Below, in pieces: positions 27,711 through 37,661 of a stretch of 59,313 bases of DNA. Position 1 is the first letter of the stretch; every line of letters begins with the position of its first letter. Made by a program: the position numbers and the translations under genes. Source of the DNA: a virus (lineage: Duplodnaviria; Caudoviricetes); the IMG/VR virus record IMGVR_UViG_3300037558_001138, positions 1 through 59,313 of that record. One strand, written 5' to 3'. The notes under the pieces are model-generated. The model worked only from the letters and a program-made list of their open reading frames with translations, was not told where the DNA came from and made no database searches.

Positions 27711-28137
27711 ATATAGCACTAAAGATTCTTATCGCTGGTTTAAAAAGCAGAACCCAGAAACAACGATTACGTATTCGTTGTATAAGCACATTGTTACACG
27801 CTTTAATAAACGAGCGTGTGAAATGATTTTAGAAGGGCAGCTATTTAATATGGGTCAAAGGCTTGGTTCTATAAGAATTAAAAAGATACCTCGTACCTTT
27901 AACAAGCCTACTATTGATTGGGGTGAAACCAATCGCCTGAAGAAACAGGGGATAAAGAAGCTAGTCTATTACACTGATGATTATTATTATCGTTGGAACT
28001 GGGACAAGCATAGGTGTTTGGTAAAAAACAAGAGTGTATACACGTTTGCTCCTACAGCAGGGCAAAGCGGTAATCGGCGTAAGCTAGTACAGAAGCTGAG
28101 GACGGATGAATTTGCACACTTGAATTATAAAACATGA
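27679..28137 (+). CDS. IHF-like protein of the crAss-like tail module
   Basis: FNKRACEMILEGQLFNMGQRLGSIRIKK...IDWGET; conserved position before the tubular protein. Confidence 0.65.
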   Translation: MTATKYSSASRYSTKDSYRWFKKQNPETTITYSLYKHIVTRFNKRACEMILEGQLFNMGQRLGSIRIKKIPRTFNKPTIDWGETNRLKKQGIKKLVYYTDDYYYRWNWDKHRCLVKNKSVYTFAPTAGQSGNRRKLVQKLRTDEFAHLNYKT

Positions 28138-28934
28138 TTTACAAAACGGTCTCTTCGAAAGCTGTAATAGCGAAAGTCTTTCGAGATTTAAAACCTACTA
28201 CGGATACCTGGGTCAACGATTCTGTAGAGTGGATTGGAGAGGCGTTAGAATTTATTGGCTACCATACTGGCTTAGAAAAGAAAGCCTTGGAGCTAACAAT
28301 TAAAGATCATCGTGCGCTACTTCCTTGTGAGCTAGTAGACATTATTCAAGTTGAGTATAACGGAAGTCACTTAGTCTACGGTACAGATACTACTGGGTAC
28401 GATTTACCAAACTCAAAGCGGACCACTAATCCTCAGCCGTATACTCCTTCAGAGATTACAACTGGCGCAGTGTTTCAAACAGTTGCAAATGAGCACCCTA
28501 CTGGTAACGATACTTATAAGCAGCAGAAAACTATCAAAGCTTCTTCTTATGGAGGAGGGGACTACTATGTGATTAACCCGGACTACATACAAACATCGTT
28601 TGAAGAAGGCACTATAAAAGTGCATTTTACTGCATATCCTATATGCGATGATGGGTATCCTAAAGTTCCTGATAACATTTACTACAAACAAGCGCTTGAA
28701 TGGTACATCGTAAGGCAGATGATAATGGGGGGTTACACGCATCCAGTGTTCAACTGGGCGATAGCAGATCAGAAGTGGGGACACTATTGTGTGGCTGCTC
28801 AGAACGATGCAGCGTACCCGAGCATCGACAAGATGGAGAGCTTCAAAAACATGTGGGTACGTATGGTCCCAAATATGAATGCACACTCCGATTTCTTTAT
28901 TGGGAATAACACACAAGAAAGACTGCAGAGATGA
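28134..28934 (+). CDS. Tail tubular/ring protein (P22 gp4-like)
   Basis: VEWIGEALEFIG...LPCELVDI...IQTSFEEGTI...DGYPKVPD...ALEWYI, directly before the muzzle gene. Confidence 0.75.
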   Translation: MIYKTVSSKAVIAKVFRDLKPTTDTWVNDSVEWIGEALEFIGYHTGLEKKALELTIKDHRALLPCELVDIIQVEYNGSHLVYGTDTTGYDLPNSKRTTNPQPYTPSEITTGAVFQTVANEHPTGNDTYKQQKTIKASSYGGGDYYVINPDYIQTSFEEGTIKVHFTAYPICDDGYPKVPDNIYYKQALEWYIVRQMIMGGYTHPVFNWAIADQKWGHYCVAAQNDAAYPSIDKMESFKNMWVRMVPNMNAHSDFFIGNNTQERLQR

Positions 28935-31900
28935 AGCCGATTAAAGGAATGAATCTGGATGTGTCTCCAGATTCTCAAACGCCCAATACTTATCGTCATG
29001 CTCGTAACTGGGTTTATGATGCGGAGTTTGACGGTTTAATTCAAGAGCCGGGCTATACAAGCATGGCCTCTCTCGCAGAAAAACATGCAGTAGCACAGTA
29101 TGCTTTTGAAAACGGGGATATTGTATTTCTTTGTTTAACTGCTGCGTCAACTACTAGCGGAGACACTATTCAACTTTACTCTGAAGAAGCTAATACGTAC
29201 ACAGAAGTTTACACTAACGCTAGTCTAGCTTTTAATCGTACACGTGTTTATGATTTTGCTTCTTTTACAAATGCGCTTAATCAAAGAATTCTAATTATTT
29301 CTGATGGTGTAGAAAAACCTCTTGCCATCAATATAGATATTGCTTCTAGCGATCAGCCGTCACACGATTTACAAACTCTTTTTCCGACTCGCAAACAGGC
29401 TGATATTCAAATTGATTCTTTGTCAAGCGGCACCTTAGCTAAAGGCTCTTACTTTTTTGCTGTTCGTTACTTAATGGAAGATGAAACAGCCCTTTCTTTT
29501 GGACCTCTTCATGGTCCGTATGTTGTAACAAAATCCGGAGGTGGAATTTCTCTAACATTAGATAATATAGATACAAATTACTCCGGGTTAGAAATAGGTG
29601 TAATCCAGTATGTTGATAATAGTGCGAGAGCTTTTGTAGGGGCGGCTGTACAATCGCTTACTGCGGATATGGTTATTTTTATTGAGGGCACCGAAAGAGC
29701 TGAACTAGTATTAGAAGACATAATTGTTACTCCTAATACTTATGGAAAAGCTGGCTCTGTAGAAATCCATGAAAATAGGCTGTATTTAGGGAATGTCTCT
29801 ACTCCAGAAGATGCAGCCACATTGCAAGGCATTGCAAATAATATTCAACCCATTTGGGTTATGGAGAGGAATGGTGGTGGAGAAGATGGCGTAGAGGCTG
29901 GCACAGAATCAAATCCTACGAATGCGCGTTTTCAGCCTGATGAAGTTTACGCGTTCTATGTTGCTTGGATTCGAGACGATGGTTCTTATACGAGAGCGTA
30001 TCATATCCCAGGGCGCACTCCTCGAACAACTATTACTGTTCCGGTCCATGCAGCTGCTGCTAGTGGGGTAAGCGCTTCAAGTGCACAGTTTGATCCTAGA
30101 ACAACTATAACTTCTTTACTTGCAGATTCTAGTGGCGCTAACCTGAACGGGTGCTTGAACTACCTAAAAAATGATCGTAATATTTTTGACAGTACTGAAA
30201 CAGGGTACAATCAAATAAAGTATTTTCATACTCGAGGAACCGCTAGAGCTTTTACTAATCAGACTGCCTATCACTGGGGAGAGTGCGGGTATTGGGAAAA
30301 TGCAAATGAAGTATACCCCTCAAATTTTCCAGCAGGTGAAACTAAAGTTTGGAATAGTAGCGGTTTAAGTTTAGCAAATACTGTTGATTTAGCTCTTGCA
30401 GGTGAGCCAGTACGACACCATCGTTTACCTTCTTTGGCTTGGATGTTTGAGAACGTCACTGATTTTAATTTTGACGCTAATAAAAATCAGGCATTTAAGA
30501 TGCGCTTTGAGTATTTGCAGATCCCAGCAGGCATGAAGGGGGCTGTAGTTTATCATGCAAAACGTACGAACTCGAATAATTTAGTCATTAGCCATACTCC
30601 AATGCATTTTGGTGCGGCTAATCATTATTCTTTATGGGGCGAAGGAGGAGACGGGTTTAAAGATCACTCTACTGTTTCCCCAATTAATGGTCCTATGCAT
30701 AATAATCTTTTGCATCTATCAGGTGGCATAGGACCAAATATTGCTAGTTCTAGGTTAACAGCCTTACGAGACCAGGCTGGAGACCCTAAAAAGAAAGACG
30801 GATCATCTTTCGCGTCTACTGATTTGTATGAGGGGGGCAGCTCTTCTACGAGTTCTTGGAGTGACTGGGTAAACAGCGAGTTTCAAGATCGTTTAAAAGT
30901 TCATTATAATAAAGGAGTTGCTTTACCACATGATTTATTAGCCACTCGTCCTGTTCTACCTGCAAAGCTTTATACTCGATTTGAGTATATGCTGGTTCAA
31001 ATGGAACATTTCCCTGTAGAAATTGAAGATAATAGAGGTACCAATTCGAGTGTCCCATACATTATGCGTATTGCTGGCCCAGGCGCTGCATACTATTCTA
31101 CTACAGATGATGTGGATGGCGGTAAATGCAGACGAGCTGTTTTTGATTTAAACAGCTTTACAGCAAATGTTACTCGTTCTTTTCCTCAGTCCGAAATCAA
31201 GCCTTTACGCAATCAGCGTTATGTGCCTGCAGGTGTTGTGGATTCTGAGGTAAAGTTTGACAATCGTTTTGGGGCGGAGTGCGTTTATTGGGAATTTAAA
31301 AGCGATACAAACTCCGCTCCATATAATGTAGACGGATACCACGATAGTGGGGAAAGAATGTGGTATAGCGTTTTAAATAATCCGGATACTTTAGCAGATG
31401 ATGGTACAGGTGATACAGATAATTCGGGTTATGATAATACTATAGCTGGTACAAATTATAGTCATTTAAATCGCTTCGGCTATTGGCTACAAAGTCAGTG
31501 GACTACCGCAGGCACTTTAGCTGTACAACGTTTGCCTTTTGTAAACTTGACAGCTCTGCGATTTGACTGCTACTTTGGCTATGATACTCAAGACTTGGTA
31601 GCATGTACTCCAGTGTTAACCGCAGACAACATGTCCCAAGCTCCGAATATTGGAGGTACAGGGTCCGCTGCTAAAACAGCGTCTCAGGATATTATTCATG
31701 GAGACATCCATTTTAGTCGGCGCAGGTATAGAGTTACCTCTTCTACAGGGTTTAATGCAGGTTTAGGTAGCTCAGACGAAGCTGGGTTGATTGCGGCAAA
31801 CCCTACTAGTATACAGGGGAATACTATAAATACTCGCGCTTTAGAAGGTCTAACTACTGGGGGCACAGTAAACAGTCTTATAGGCACGGTTAATGTCCTT

Positions 31901-33391
31901 TGCGAGGTTCCAGTATATAGCCCCTTACACAGTGTTATACACGATACTGATAAACTCCAAACTAAAGCCACTGAACGTAACCGGTTAATTGAGAATACAA
32001 ATCCAATTAACACAAACGATTTTACGTTCAATATTGATCTAACACGTCTTAACGATTTCATCCAACCGATAGTAAATCTTACAGATAAAGATTACCCTGT
32101 AAACTTTACCAATAGAGTAGCTCGAAGTAATAAGCAAGACTTAAACACAGCATCTTTAGCTTTTCGAACTTTTCCTGCTTTAGACTATGTGGAACAACCG
32201 AGGAATCGAGGGGCTATCAGCAATCTACAAGGATTTGGGGATAAGCTTCTCATTCATCATGAGCAAGGTTTATTCATTACAGTAGGTAAGGAAGGGGTAA
32301 GTACATCTGCCGGGCAGCTTGTAATTGGTACTGGAGATATTTTCAGAGTGACGCCTACGGAAATAGCCCCGAGTGAACACGGGTTTGCAGGTACGCAGCA
32401 TAAGCAGTCATGTATGATGACTCCTTTAGGTTACTTTTTTGTAGATGCTGCACAAGCTAAGGTCTTTTTGTATAATGGTAAACTCGAAGAAATAAGTAAT
32501 AGAGGCTTACGTAGTTACTTTCAAGATGCCTTTGACTTTAACAAATCTTTCTTTGCAGGTAGTAATTCCCAAGGTTTCTGTCCTGGTATTCTAGCAGAGT
32601 ATGATCCTAAGAATAATAGGATTCTTATGATGGTTCGAAATAGTGTAAATAACGCAAATTCAAATAGCGGTGTTTACCCTTTAAATATTAAGTCCTACCA
32701 CGGGTCAAACGATTACACAGACTCTACGGATATTTTGAGTTACAGTTTTAATAATAATGCGTGGGTAGCTTTTCACGACTTACGAATGCAAGGCTTTATA
32801 GGAACACCTACAAACTTTTATGGCTGGCATACCGATGTGAATCATTTGCTTTACAGACTAACAGATTTGTCTAATGCAAGTATTACTTACAGCCATCAGA
32901 GCCATACTGAAACTTTAGCTCCTTATATCGATATTGCTTTTCCTGCAAATGAACCCGTTCAATGGCAGTCATTTTCTTGGCATACAAAAGCTGTAGAGCA
33001 TGTGCCAGGAGATTCAAATGCGGGACATATAGATTTAAATAAAACTTTTGTTAAAGCTGCTGTCTACAATGACTATCAATGTAGTGGAGATCAATCCTTT
33101 ATTAAGGCGTCTGATATTGATGTGAGTACCTACCAAAGAGTAACTCTACGTCATAATGGAACGCATTATCAGTTCAATGGTTTCCGAGATTTAGTAAATG
33201 ATCGAGCAGCCCGCTTTATAGATGAAAACCAAGAATTTGTAACTACCAATATAAATTCTAGCTTAGAATGGCATAATCAAAGACGATTTAAAAGTACTTA
33301 TGCAATTGTTCGCTTAATAGTCCCGACTACTACAACGAATCTTTTATATTTGTATGATGTAGATGCTAAGGTGCGTAAGAGTTATAGATAA
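28931..33391 (+). CDS. Tail stabilisation / muzzle protein (P22 gp10-like)
   Basis: 1486 aa. KGMNLD...YRHARN start, NRLYLGN, DEVYAFY, and C-terminal propeller motifs GYFFVD and YDPKNNRI. Confidence 0.85.
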   Translation: MKPIKGMNLDVSPDSQTPNTYRHARNWVYDAEFDGLIQEPGYTSMASLAEKHAVAQYAFENGDIVFLCLTAASTTSGDTIQLYSEEANTYTEVYTNASLAFNRTRVYDFASFTNALNQRILIISDGVEKPLAINIDIASSDQPSHDLQTLFPTRKQADIQIDSLSSGTLAKGSYFFAVRYLMEDETALSFGPLHGPYVVTKSGGGISLTLDNIDTNYSGLEIGVIQYVDNSARAFVGAAVQSLTADMVIFIEGTERAELVLEDIIVTPNTYGKAGSVEIHENRLYLGNVSTPEDAATLQGIANNIQPIWVMERNGGGEDGVEAGTESNPTNARFQPDEVYAFYVAWIRDDGSYTRAYHIPGRTPRTTITVPVHAAAASGVSASSAQFDPRTTITSLLADSSGANLNGCLNYLKNDRNIFDSTETGYNQIKYFHTRGTARAFTNQTAYHWGECGYWENANEVYPSNFPAGETKVWNSSGLSLANTVDLALAGEPVRHHRLPSLAWMFENVTDFNFDANKNQAFKMRFEYLQIPAGMKGAVVYHAKRTNSNNLVISHTPMHFGAANHYSLWGEGGDGFKDHSTVSPINGPMHNNLLHLSGGIGPNIASSRLTALRDQAGDPKKKDGSSFASTDLYEGGSSSTSSWSDWVNSEFQDRLKVHYNKGVALPHDLLATRPVLPAKLYTRFEYMLVQMEHFPVEIEDNRGTNSSVPYIMRIAGPGAAYYSTTDDVDGGKCRRAVFDLNSFTANVTRSFPQSEIKPLRNQRYVPAGVVDSEVKFDNRFGAECVYWEFKSDTNSAPYNVDGYHDSGERMWYSVLNNPDTLADDGTGDTDNSGYDNTIAGTNYSHLNRFGYWLQSQWTTAGTLAVQRLPFVNLTALRFDCYFGYDTQDLVACTPVLTADNMSQAPNIGGTGSAAKTASQDIIHGDIHFSRRRYRVTSSTGFNAGLGSSDEAGLIAANPTSIQGNTINTRALEGLTTGGTVNSLIGTVNVLCEVPVYSPLHSVIHDTDKLQTKATERNRLIENTNPINTNDFTFNIDLTRLNDFIQPIVNLTDKDYPVNFTNRVARSNKQDLNTASLAFRTFPALDYVEQPRNRGAISNLQGFGDKLLIHHEQGLFITVGKEGVSTSAGQLVIGTGDIFRVTPTEIAPSEHGFAGTQHKQSCMMTPLGYFFVDAAQAKVFLYNGKLEEISNRGLRSYFQDAFDFNKSFFAGSNSQGFCPGILAEYDPKNNRILMMVRNSVNNANSNSGVYPLNIKSYHGSNDYTDSTDILSYSFNNNAWVAFHDLRMQGFIGTPTNFYGWHTDVNHLLYRLTDLSNASITYSHQSHTETLAPYIDIAFPANEPVQWQSFSWHTKAVEHVPGDSNAGHIDLNKTFVKAAVYNDYQCSGDQSFIKASDIDVSTYQRVTLRHNGTHYQFNGFRDLVNDRAARFIDENQEFVTTNINSSLEWHNQRRFKSTYAIVRLIVPTTTTNLLYLYDVDAKVRKSYR
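33345..33352 (+). promoter_or_regulatory. Bacteroidota -7 promoter box (TATATTTG) inside muzzle 3' end
   Basis: Exact consensus ~100 nt upstream of the basic-protein cluster. Confidence 0.45.
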
Positions 33392-33450
33392 CTCGAGAGT
33401 AGCAATCAAGTGCATAGAAACCAAGTACGCGCTCTCACAACATACTTCCT

Positions 33451-33660
33451 ATGAACTACGGTAAGAAAAAGCCTGTAAAAAAGGCTGCTAAAAAAGTGCC
33501 TGCAATGACTTATGGCGGTGCTATGTCTGCGGCTACACGTCAGATTAAAATGAATAAAGGCGGCAAGACGCCTACTGCTTTGATTAGCGCTCTTAAAGCT
33601 GCGGGACACCTTACCTACGGAGGTCCGGCTGCAATGCCTAAGAAGAAAAAGAAGAAGTAA
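33451..33660 (+). CDS. Small Lys-rich protein
   Basis: 69 aa, strongly basic, with MTYGG, MNKGG and LTYGG motifs. Confidence 0.65.
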   Translation: MNYGKKKPVKKAAKKVPAMTYGGAMSAATRQIKMNKGGKTPTALISALKAAGHLTYGGPAAMPKKKKKK

Positions 33661-33914
33661 TGGGCAAGCTTTGCGCACGAGGCAAGGCAGCTGCTAAACG
33701 CAAATACAAGGTATACCCTTCGGCTTATGCTAATGGGTATGCAGTACAAGTGTGTAAAGGCACGAAGCCTGGCGCTGGAGGCAAGAAGAAAACTGCTTCT
33801 GGCTATAAAAAGGGTAAAAAGAAAAAACTCGGGGGACCTACAGTTACTCGCAAGACTGCTGTAGCCCGTAAACCGGTAACGCGTAAAAAGCGTCGCACAA
33901 CACGCAAGCGATGA
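33660..33914 (+). CDS. Small basic protein (DUF5872-like, N-part)
   Basis: AAKRKYKVYPSAYANGYAVQVCKG motif and a Lys/Arg tail. Confidence 0.7.
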   Translation: MGKLCARGKAAAKRKYKVYPSAYANGYAVQVCKGTKPGAGGKKKTASGYKKGKKKKLGGPTVTRKTAVARKPVTRKKRRTTRKR

Positions 33915-34195
33915 GTTTGCGTAGGTGGTTTAAAGAAGAATGGAAAGATGTCCGTACGGGCAAGGCGTGCGGGCGTAAGTCCGCTAAAGGAGGATCTAAA
34001 CGTCCTTACCCTTATTGCCGACCTACAAAACGGGTAAACTCTAAAACGCCTAAGACTAGAGGCGAGATGTCTAAGTCAGAGAAGCGTAAAAAGGTTAGTG
34101 AAAAGATTCGAAAAGGTAACCCTGGGGGTAAGCCTACACGTGTGTCTGCAGTAAAGCGTCGGAAAAAACGTACTACTACTAAACGTAAACGGTGA
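33911..34195 (+). CDS. Small basic protein (DUF5872-like, C-part)
   Basis: LRRWFKEEWKDVRTGKACGR...YPYCRPTKRVNSKTPKT motif. Confidence 0.7.
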   Translation: MSLRRWFKEEWKDVRTGKACGRKSAKGGSKRPYPYCRPTKRVNSKTPKTRGEMSKSEKRKKVSEKIRKGNPGGKPTRVSAVKRRKKRTTTKRKR

Positions 34196-36330
34196 TGAAA
34201 GGCTTTTTACTATTTCTAGGGTTCTTGCTACCAACATTTTTAATGGGGCAAGGTTGGGTTCTTGTATCGCTACAGACTGATTTGTATGCCCCAGAAACTA
34301 GCTGGGTCATTGTGCAAGACAATAATGTTTTAGAAGAGTCGCCTTTGTATCCTACGGAGTCGTACAATGAAAAGCTCGTGTTTTTAGAGCCGGGTAATTA
34401 TGACTTTATTATTTATGATAGCTTTGGAGATGGTATCTGCTGCGCGTTTGGAGAAGGGTACTTTACATTATCTAATGCATGTGGTTTAGATACTACTGTG
34501 TACGACTTTGCTAGCTCAGAGTTGGTTTTACCTTTTGAGGTTTTACCATGCCCACCTCCTATTTTCGGGTGTAGCGATCCTCAAGCCGTTAATTATAATC
34601 CTTGGGCTAACGTGTCACAGCCCTGTGCTTATCCTCCTCAGCCATGTGGAGAGGGAGAAACAACCGTAATTGTTACAGTAACGCCTGACACCTATGCAGG
34701 TGAGATTAGCTGGGGATTACAGTCTAACGGGGTTGAGGTCTTGTCAGGCAGCGAGTACAGTATTGTAGGCTTGCCTATTACATACGATGTATGCGTATCA
34801 GTTGGGGATACTCTTGTTTTAGAGGTAATGGATACTTTCGGCGACGGTATGTGCGGCAGCTGTTATGGGGGTGTAGACGGTAACATTTCAATAACCACTT
34901 TATGCCAAGACACTCTATACTATGTTGGAGATACTTTGCAATACTCTACTATTTCTAGCGGGTTAATTGGGATTGACGAGTGCGTGCTAGAAATTGCCGA
35001 AGGTTGTACTGACTATAATTTTACTGAGTACGATCCTTTAGCGCTAATAGACGATGGGTCTTGTGTTACTGAAGTTATTCTTGGCTGCACTATACCAGGC
35101 TCTTTAAACTTTAATCCAGACGCTAATACTCTAGAGACTAACCCTCTTTGCATGAGCCAGCTAACTCTTACCGATGGGGCAGGAGATGGCTGGTTTGGCA
35201 GCTGGTTAGGCGTCGTTCAAGGCGACGAGATTTTTGGTCCATTCCAGATGGGGCCTAATGATGGCGTAGAAGAATCCTTCTATCTCCCACTCTACTCCGG
35301 CGAACCTATTCAAGTCTACTTTTTTACGGGAGGTAATGCCGAAACTACTGCCGCTCAGTGCGGATTTTTGCTGACTAGTCCTCAAGGCATTTTCATGCAG
35401 GCGGGTACTAACCCCTGGAATGATGCTATTAAGAAGTTTCCCTATACCTATACAGGGGTTCCTTTCTGCAATGATTTGTGTGTCGAAGCGGTAGTTGGAT
35501 GCATGAACCCCCAAGCCTGTGATTACGATTCGCAGTCTAATGTAGAGGGGGACTGTACGCTTCCTATTGAGTTCTACAACTGTTCTAACGAGTGCATTTT
35601 TGATACTGATAATGATGGCGTTTGCGATGAGCTTGAGGTTGTTGGGTGTATGGATGCTACTGCCTTCAACTACAACGAACTTGCTAGTGACCCAGGAGAA
35701 TGTGAGCCATTTATTTTTGGGTGTATCGACCCCACCCAATATAACTATGACCCTGGAGCGAATACGGATAACGGTAGCTGCTTTCCTTTTGTGTACGGAT
35801 GTACTGATGTACTCGCTGTCAACTTTGATGAGGACGCGAATACAGACAACGGAGGATGCATTGAAGCTGTCCTCGGGTGTATGGATCTTAATGCCTATAA
35901 CTTCGAGGTTTCCGCTAATATAGCGAATAACGGTACATGTTTGTACGATGCAGGATGCATTACCGGACCAGGGCAACCTTACTGGGCAAACGACTCTTGT
36001 TATTCTTGGGTTATTGAAGTAGACCCTTTCTGCTGTGACACTGAGTGGGACGGAGCTTGCCAAGAGCTACATAACTACTGCGAGTTAGGCTGGCCTACTG
36101 ACGTTACAGAGATTGAGCATACGATTCGGGTGTACCCTAACCCAGTCCAAGACTACCTTACTATTGCCTGCGCTAATTTGCAGAGTGTTGAAGTGCATAA
36201 CAGTGTAGGACAACGGGTTTACCAAGGCACCGCTAGTACGCTTGACACTAAAGCTTGGTCTTCAGGAGTATACCACTTAACTGTACGTGCATACTTGCGG
36301 TCCTATCACATTAAAATTGTAAAGCCATGA
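34192..36330 (+). CDS. Secreted Cys-rich repeat protein with T9SS type A C-terminal sorting domain
   Basis: Signal peptide ending LMG|Q, eight GCxD/N...N(Y/F) repeats, three DxxGDG motifs, and C-terminal IRVYPNPVQDYLTI...HNSVGQRV...SSGVYHLTV...KIVK. Confidence 0.9.
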   Translation: MMKGFLLFLGFLLPTFLMGQGWVLVSLQTDLYAPETSWVIVQDNNVLEESPLYPTESYNEKLVFLEPGNYDFIIYDSFGDGICCAFGEGYFTLSNACGLDTTVYDFASSELVLPFEVLPCPPPIFGCSDPQAVNYNPWANVSQPCAYPPQPCGEGETTVIVTVTPDTYAGEISWGLQSNGVEVLSGSEYSIVGLPITYDVCVSVGDTLVLEVMDTFGDGMCGSCYGGVDGNISITTLCQDTLYYVGDTLQYSTISSGLIGIDECVLEIAEGCTDYNFTEYDPLALIDDGSCVTEVILGCTIPGSLNFNPDANTLETNPLCMSQLTLTDGAGDGWFGSWLGVVQGDEIFGPFQMGPNDGVEESFYLPLYSGEPIQVYFFTGGNAETTAAQCGFLLTSPQGIFMQAGTNPWNDAIKKFPYTYTGVPFCNDLCVEAVVGCMNPQACDYDSQSNVEGDCTLPIEFYNCSNECIFDTDNDGVCDELEVVGCMDATAFNYNELASDPGECEPFIFGCIDPTQYNYDPGANTDNGSCFPFVYGCTDVLAVNFDEDANTDNGGCIEAVLGCMDLNAYNFEVSANIANNGTCLYDAGCITGPGQPYWANDSCYSWVIEVDPFCCDTEWDGACQELHNYCELGWPTDVTEIEHTIRVYPNPVQDYLTIACANLQSVEVHNSVGQRVYQGTASTLDTKAWSSGVYHLTVRAYLRSYHIKIVKP

Positions 36331-37367
36331 GATTAGTAACCACTCTACTGCTGATTGCTTTACCTTTTATGGCATCGGCTCAAGTCTTTGATAATTTCTT
36401 TAAGTACTCGACTTTGTATGCAGCAGCTAATGGCAATAACTCTTTAGCTACAACGGAGGCTTACTCTATTGACGGTAACACAGTTCAGTATGATTTGCTT
36501 GAAACACCTTTTGATTACAGCTTTACTTTAGGTATTCGCAAAATTGCTCGTTTTGGATACGAGAATAGGGCTAACGCATTTTATGATGGTACTGAAAAGA
36601 CTTATGGCGATGATGCTACTATTGGAAAGCGCCAAGGTTTTGAGTTTTTATCTGAGATTGATTATCGAAGGCAACAAGGTCGGGCATTTGTAAACCAGCA
36701 TCACTTTCTAAGGTATGTGTCCAAGTGGTGGCTTTCTAAAGTAGAGTACTTAGAGGATGGCTTTGCAGATGTAAAATACGTGGAGGGATCACAACGGTTC
36801 CGTATCAACAGTCAAGGCAAGCTTTCTTTTAACATTGGTATTGCCCAGCGTATTTCAGAAGCATATGGCTACGACCCCATTGGAGAGTGGGTACAAGCAA
36901 ATAATTCTGTGCACTATACAACACTAGCTTTACAAGAAGGCTATACAGTAAACTTTGCTACACTAGAGTTTCTTAATCCTGCGGGAGATGTAGTAGCTAA
37001 TAGCGTAGACGTTTGGCGAGAGGTGGTTATCCCAGAGGTTTTAAGCAATTACGCTTTAAAGCAGCGTTCGGCATTACAAGCGCAGTGGTGTCATAGTGCG
37101 GTATTGGGCTATGACTATTACTACAACAGTAAAGAAATGTGGTTGCATACCTGGGGAAACTTCTATCCTTACCACCTAAATGTCAATAACGAATACTCTT
37201 ACAATAACTTAATTGGTAAAGACACTTGGCTTGATTTATCCGTAGGGGTAGTAAGCGGGTGGCGTATTACTAGAAGCTTAGGAGTATTCCTAGAAGGAAC
37301 CTATAACCGGTATTGGAATCGGTCTTGGCATAACTTTTCTGCGGGTGTAAACTATGTAATTTATTAA
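36327..37367 (+). CDS. Probable outer-membrane beta-barrel protein
   Basis: Signal peptide ending ASA|Q, aromatic-rich alternating strands, and C-terminal LGVFLEGTY...FSAGVNYVIY (beta-signal-like). Confidence 0.7.
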   Translation: MRLVTTLLLIALPFMASAQVFDNFFKYSTLYAAANGNNSLATTEAYSIDGNTVQYDLLETPFDYSFTLGIRKIARFGYENRANAFYDGTEKTYGDDATIGKRQGFEFLSEIDYRRQQGRAFVNQHHFLRYVSKWWLSKVEYLEDGFADVKYVEGSQRFRINSQGKLSFNIGIAQRISEAYGYDPIGEWVQANNSVHYTTLALQEGYTVNFATLEFLNPAGDVVANSVDVWREVVIPEVLSNYALKQRSALQAQWCHSAVLGYDYYYNSKEMWLHTWGNFYPYHLNVNNEYSYNNLIGKDTWLDLSVGVVSGWRITRSLGVFLEGTYNRYWNRSWHNFSAGVNYVIY

Positions 37368-37657
37368 TGATGAGCAAAGTGTTGAATGAGGATACCAGTT
37401 TTTCCATCAGTATAAAAACGCTGCTGGGTATTGGGGCGGGGATGGCTGCTTTAATTAGCGCGTGGTTTGTTTTGCAGGCAGATATTGAAGAGGCAAAGAA
37501 GTTGCCTGTGCCGCCTGATCCGGAAATTACACGCATGGAATTTGACATGAAAGACAAGCTTGTGCGTCAAACAATCATGTCTACCCAAGAAGACGTAACT
37601 GAAATCAAAATGGACATCAAAAGGATAGAAGAAAAAATTGATGACCTAAGAAATTAA
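37367..37657 (+). CDS. Single-pass membrane protein with C-terminal coiled coil
   Basis: TLLGIGAGMAALISAWFVL TM segment, Pro linker, heptads DVTEIKMDIKRIEEKIDDL. Confidence 0.75.
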   Translation: MMSKVLNEDTSFSISIKTLLGIGAGMAALISAWFVLQADIEEAKKLPVPPDPEITRMEFDMKDKLVRQTIMSTQEDVTEIKMDIKRIEEKIDDLRN

Positions 37658-37661
37658 TATC

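Noticed and set aside
35206-36063. 285-aa antisense ORF inside the T9SS cargo gene
   Set aside because: No recognisable motifs. Explained as a shadow of the biased, repetitive sense-strand codons.
37367-37657. i-spanin call for the TM/coiled-coil protein
   Set aside because: Topology fits, but no adjacent or embedded lipoprotein o-spanin is seen and it is 10 kb from the lysis genes. Left as an alternative only.
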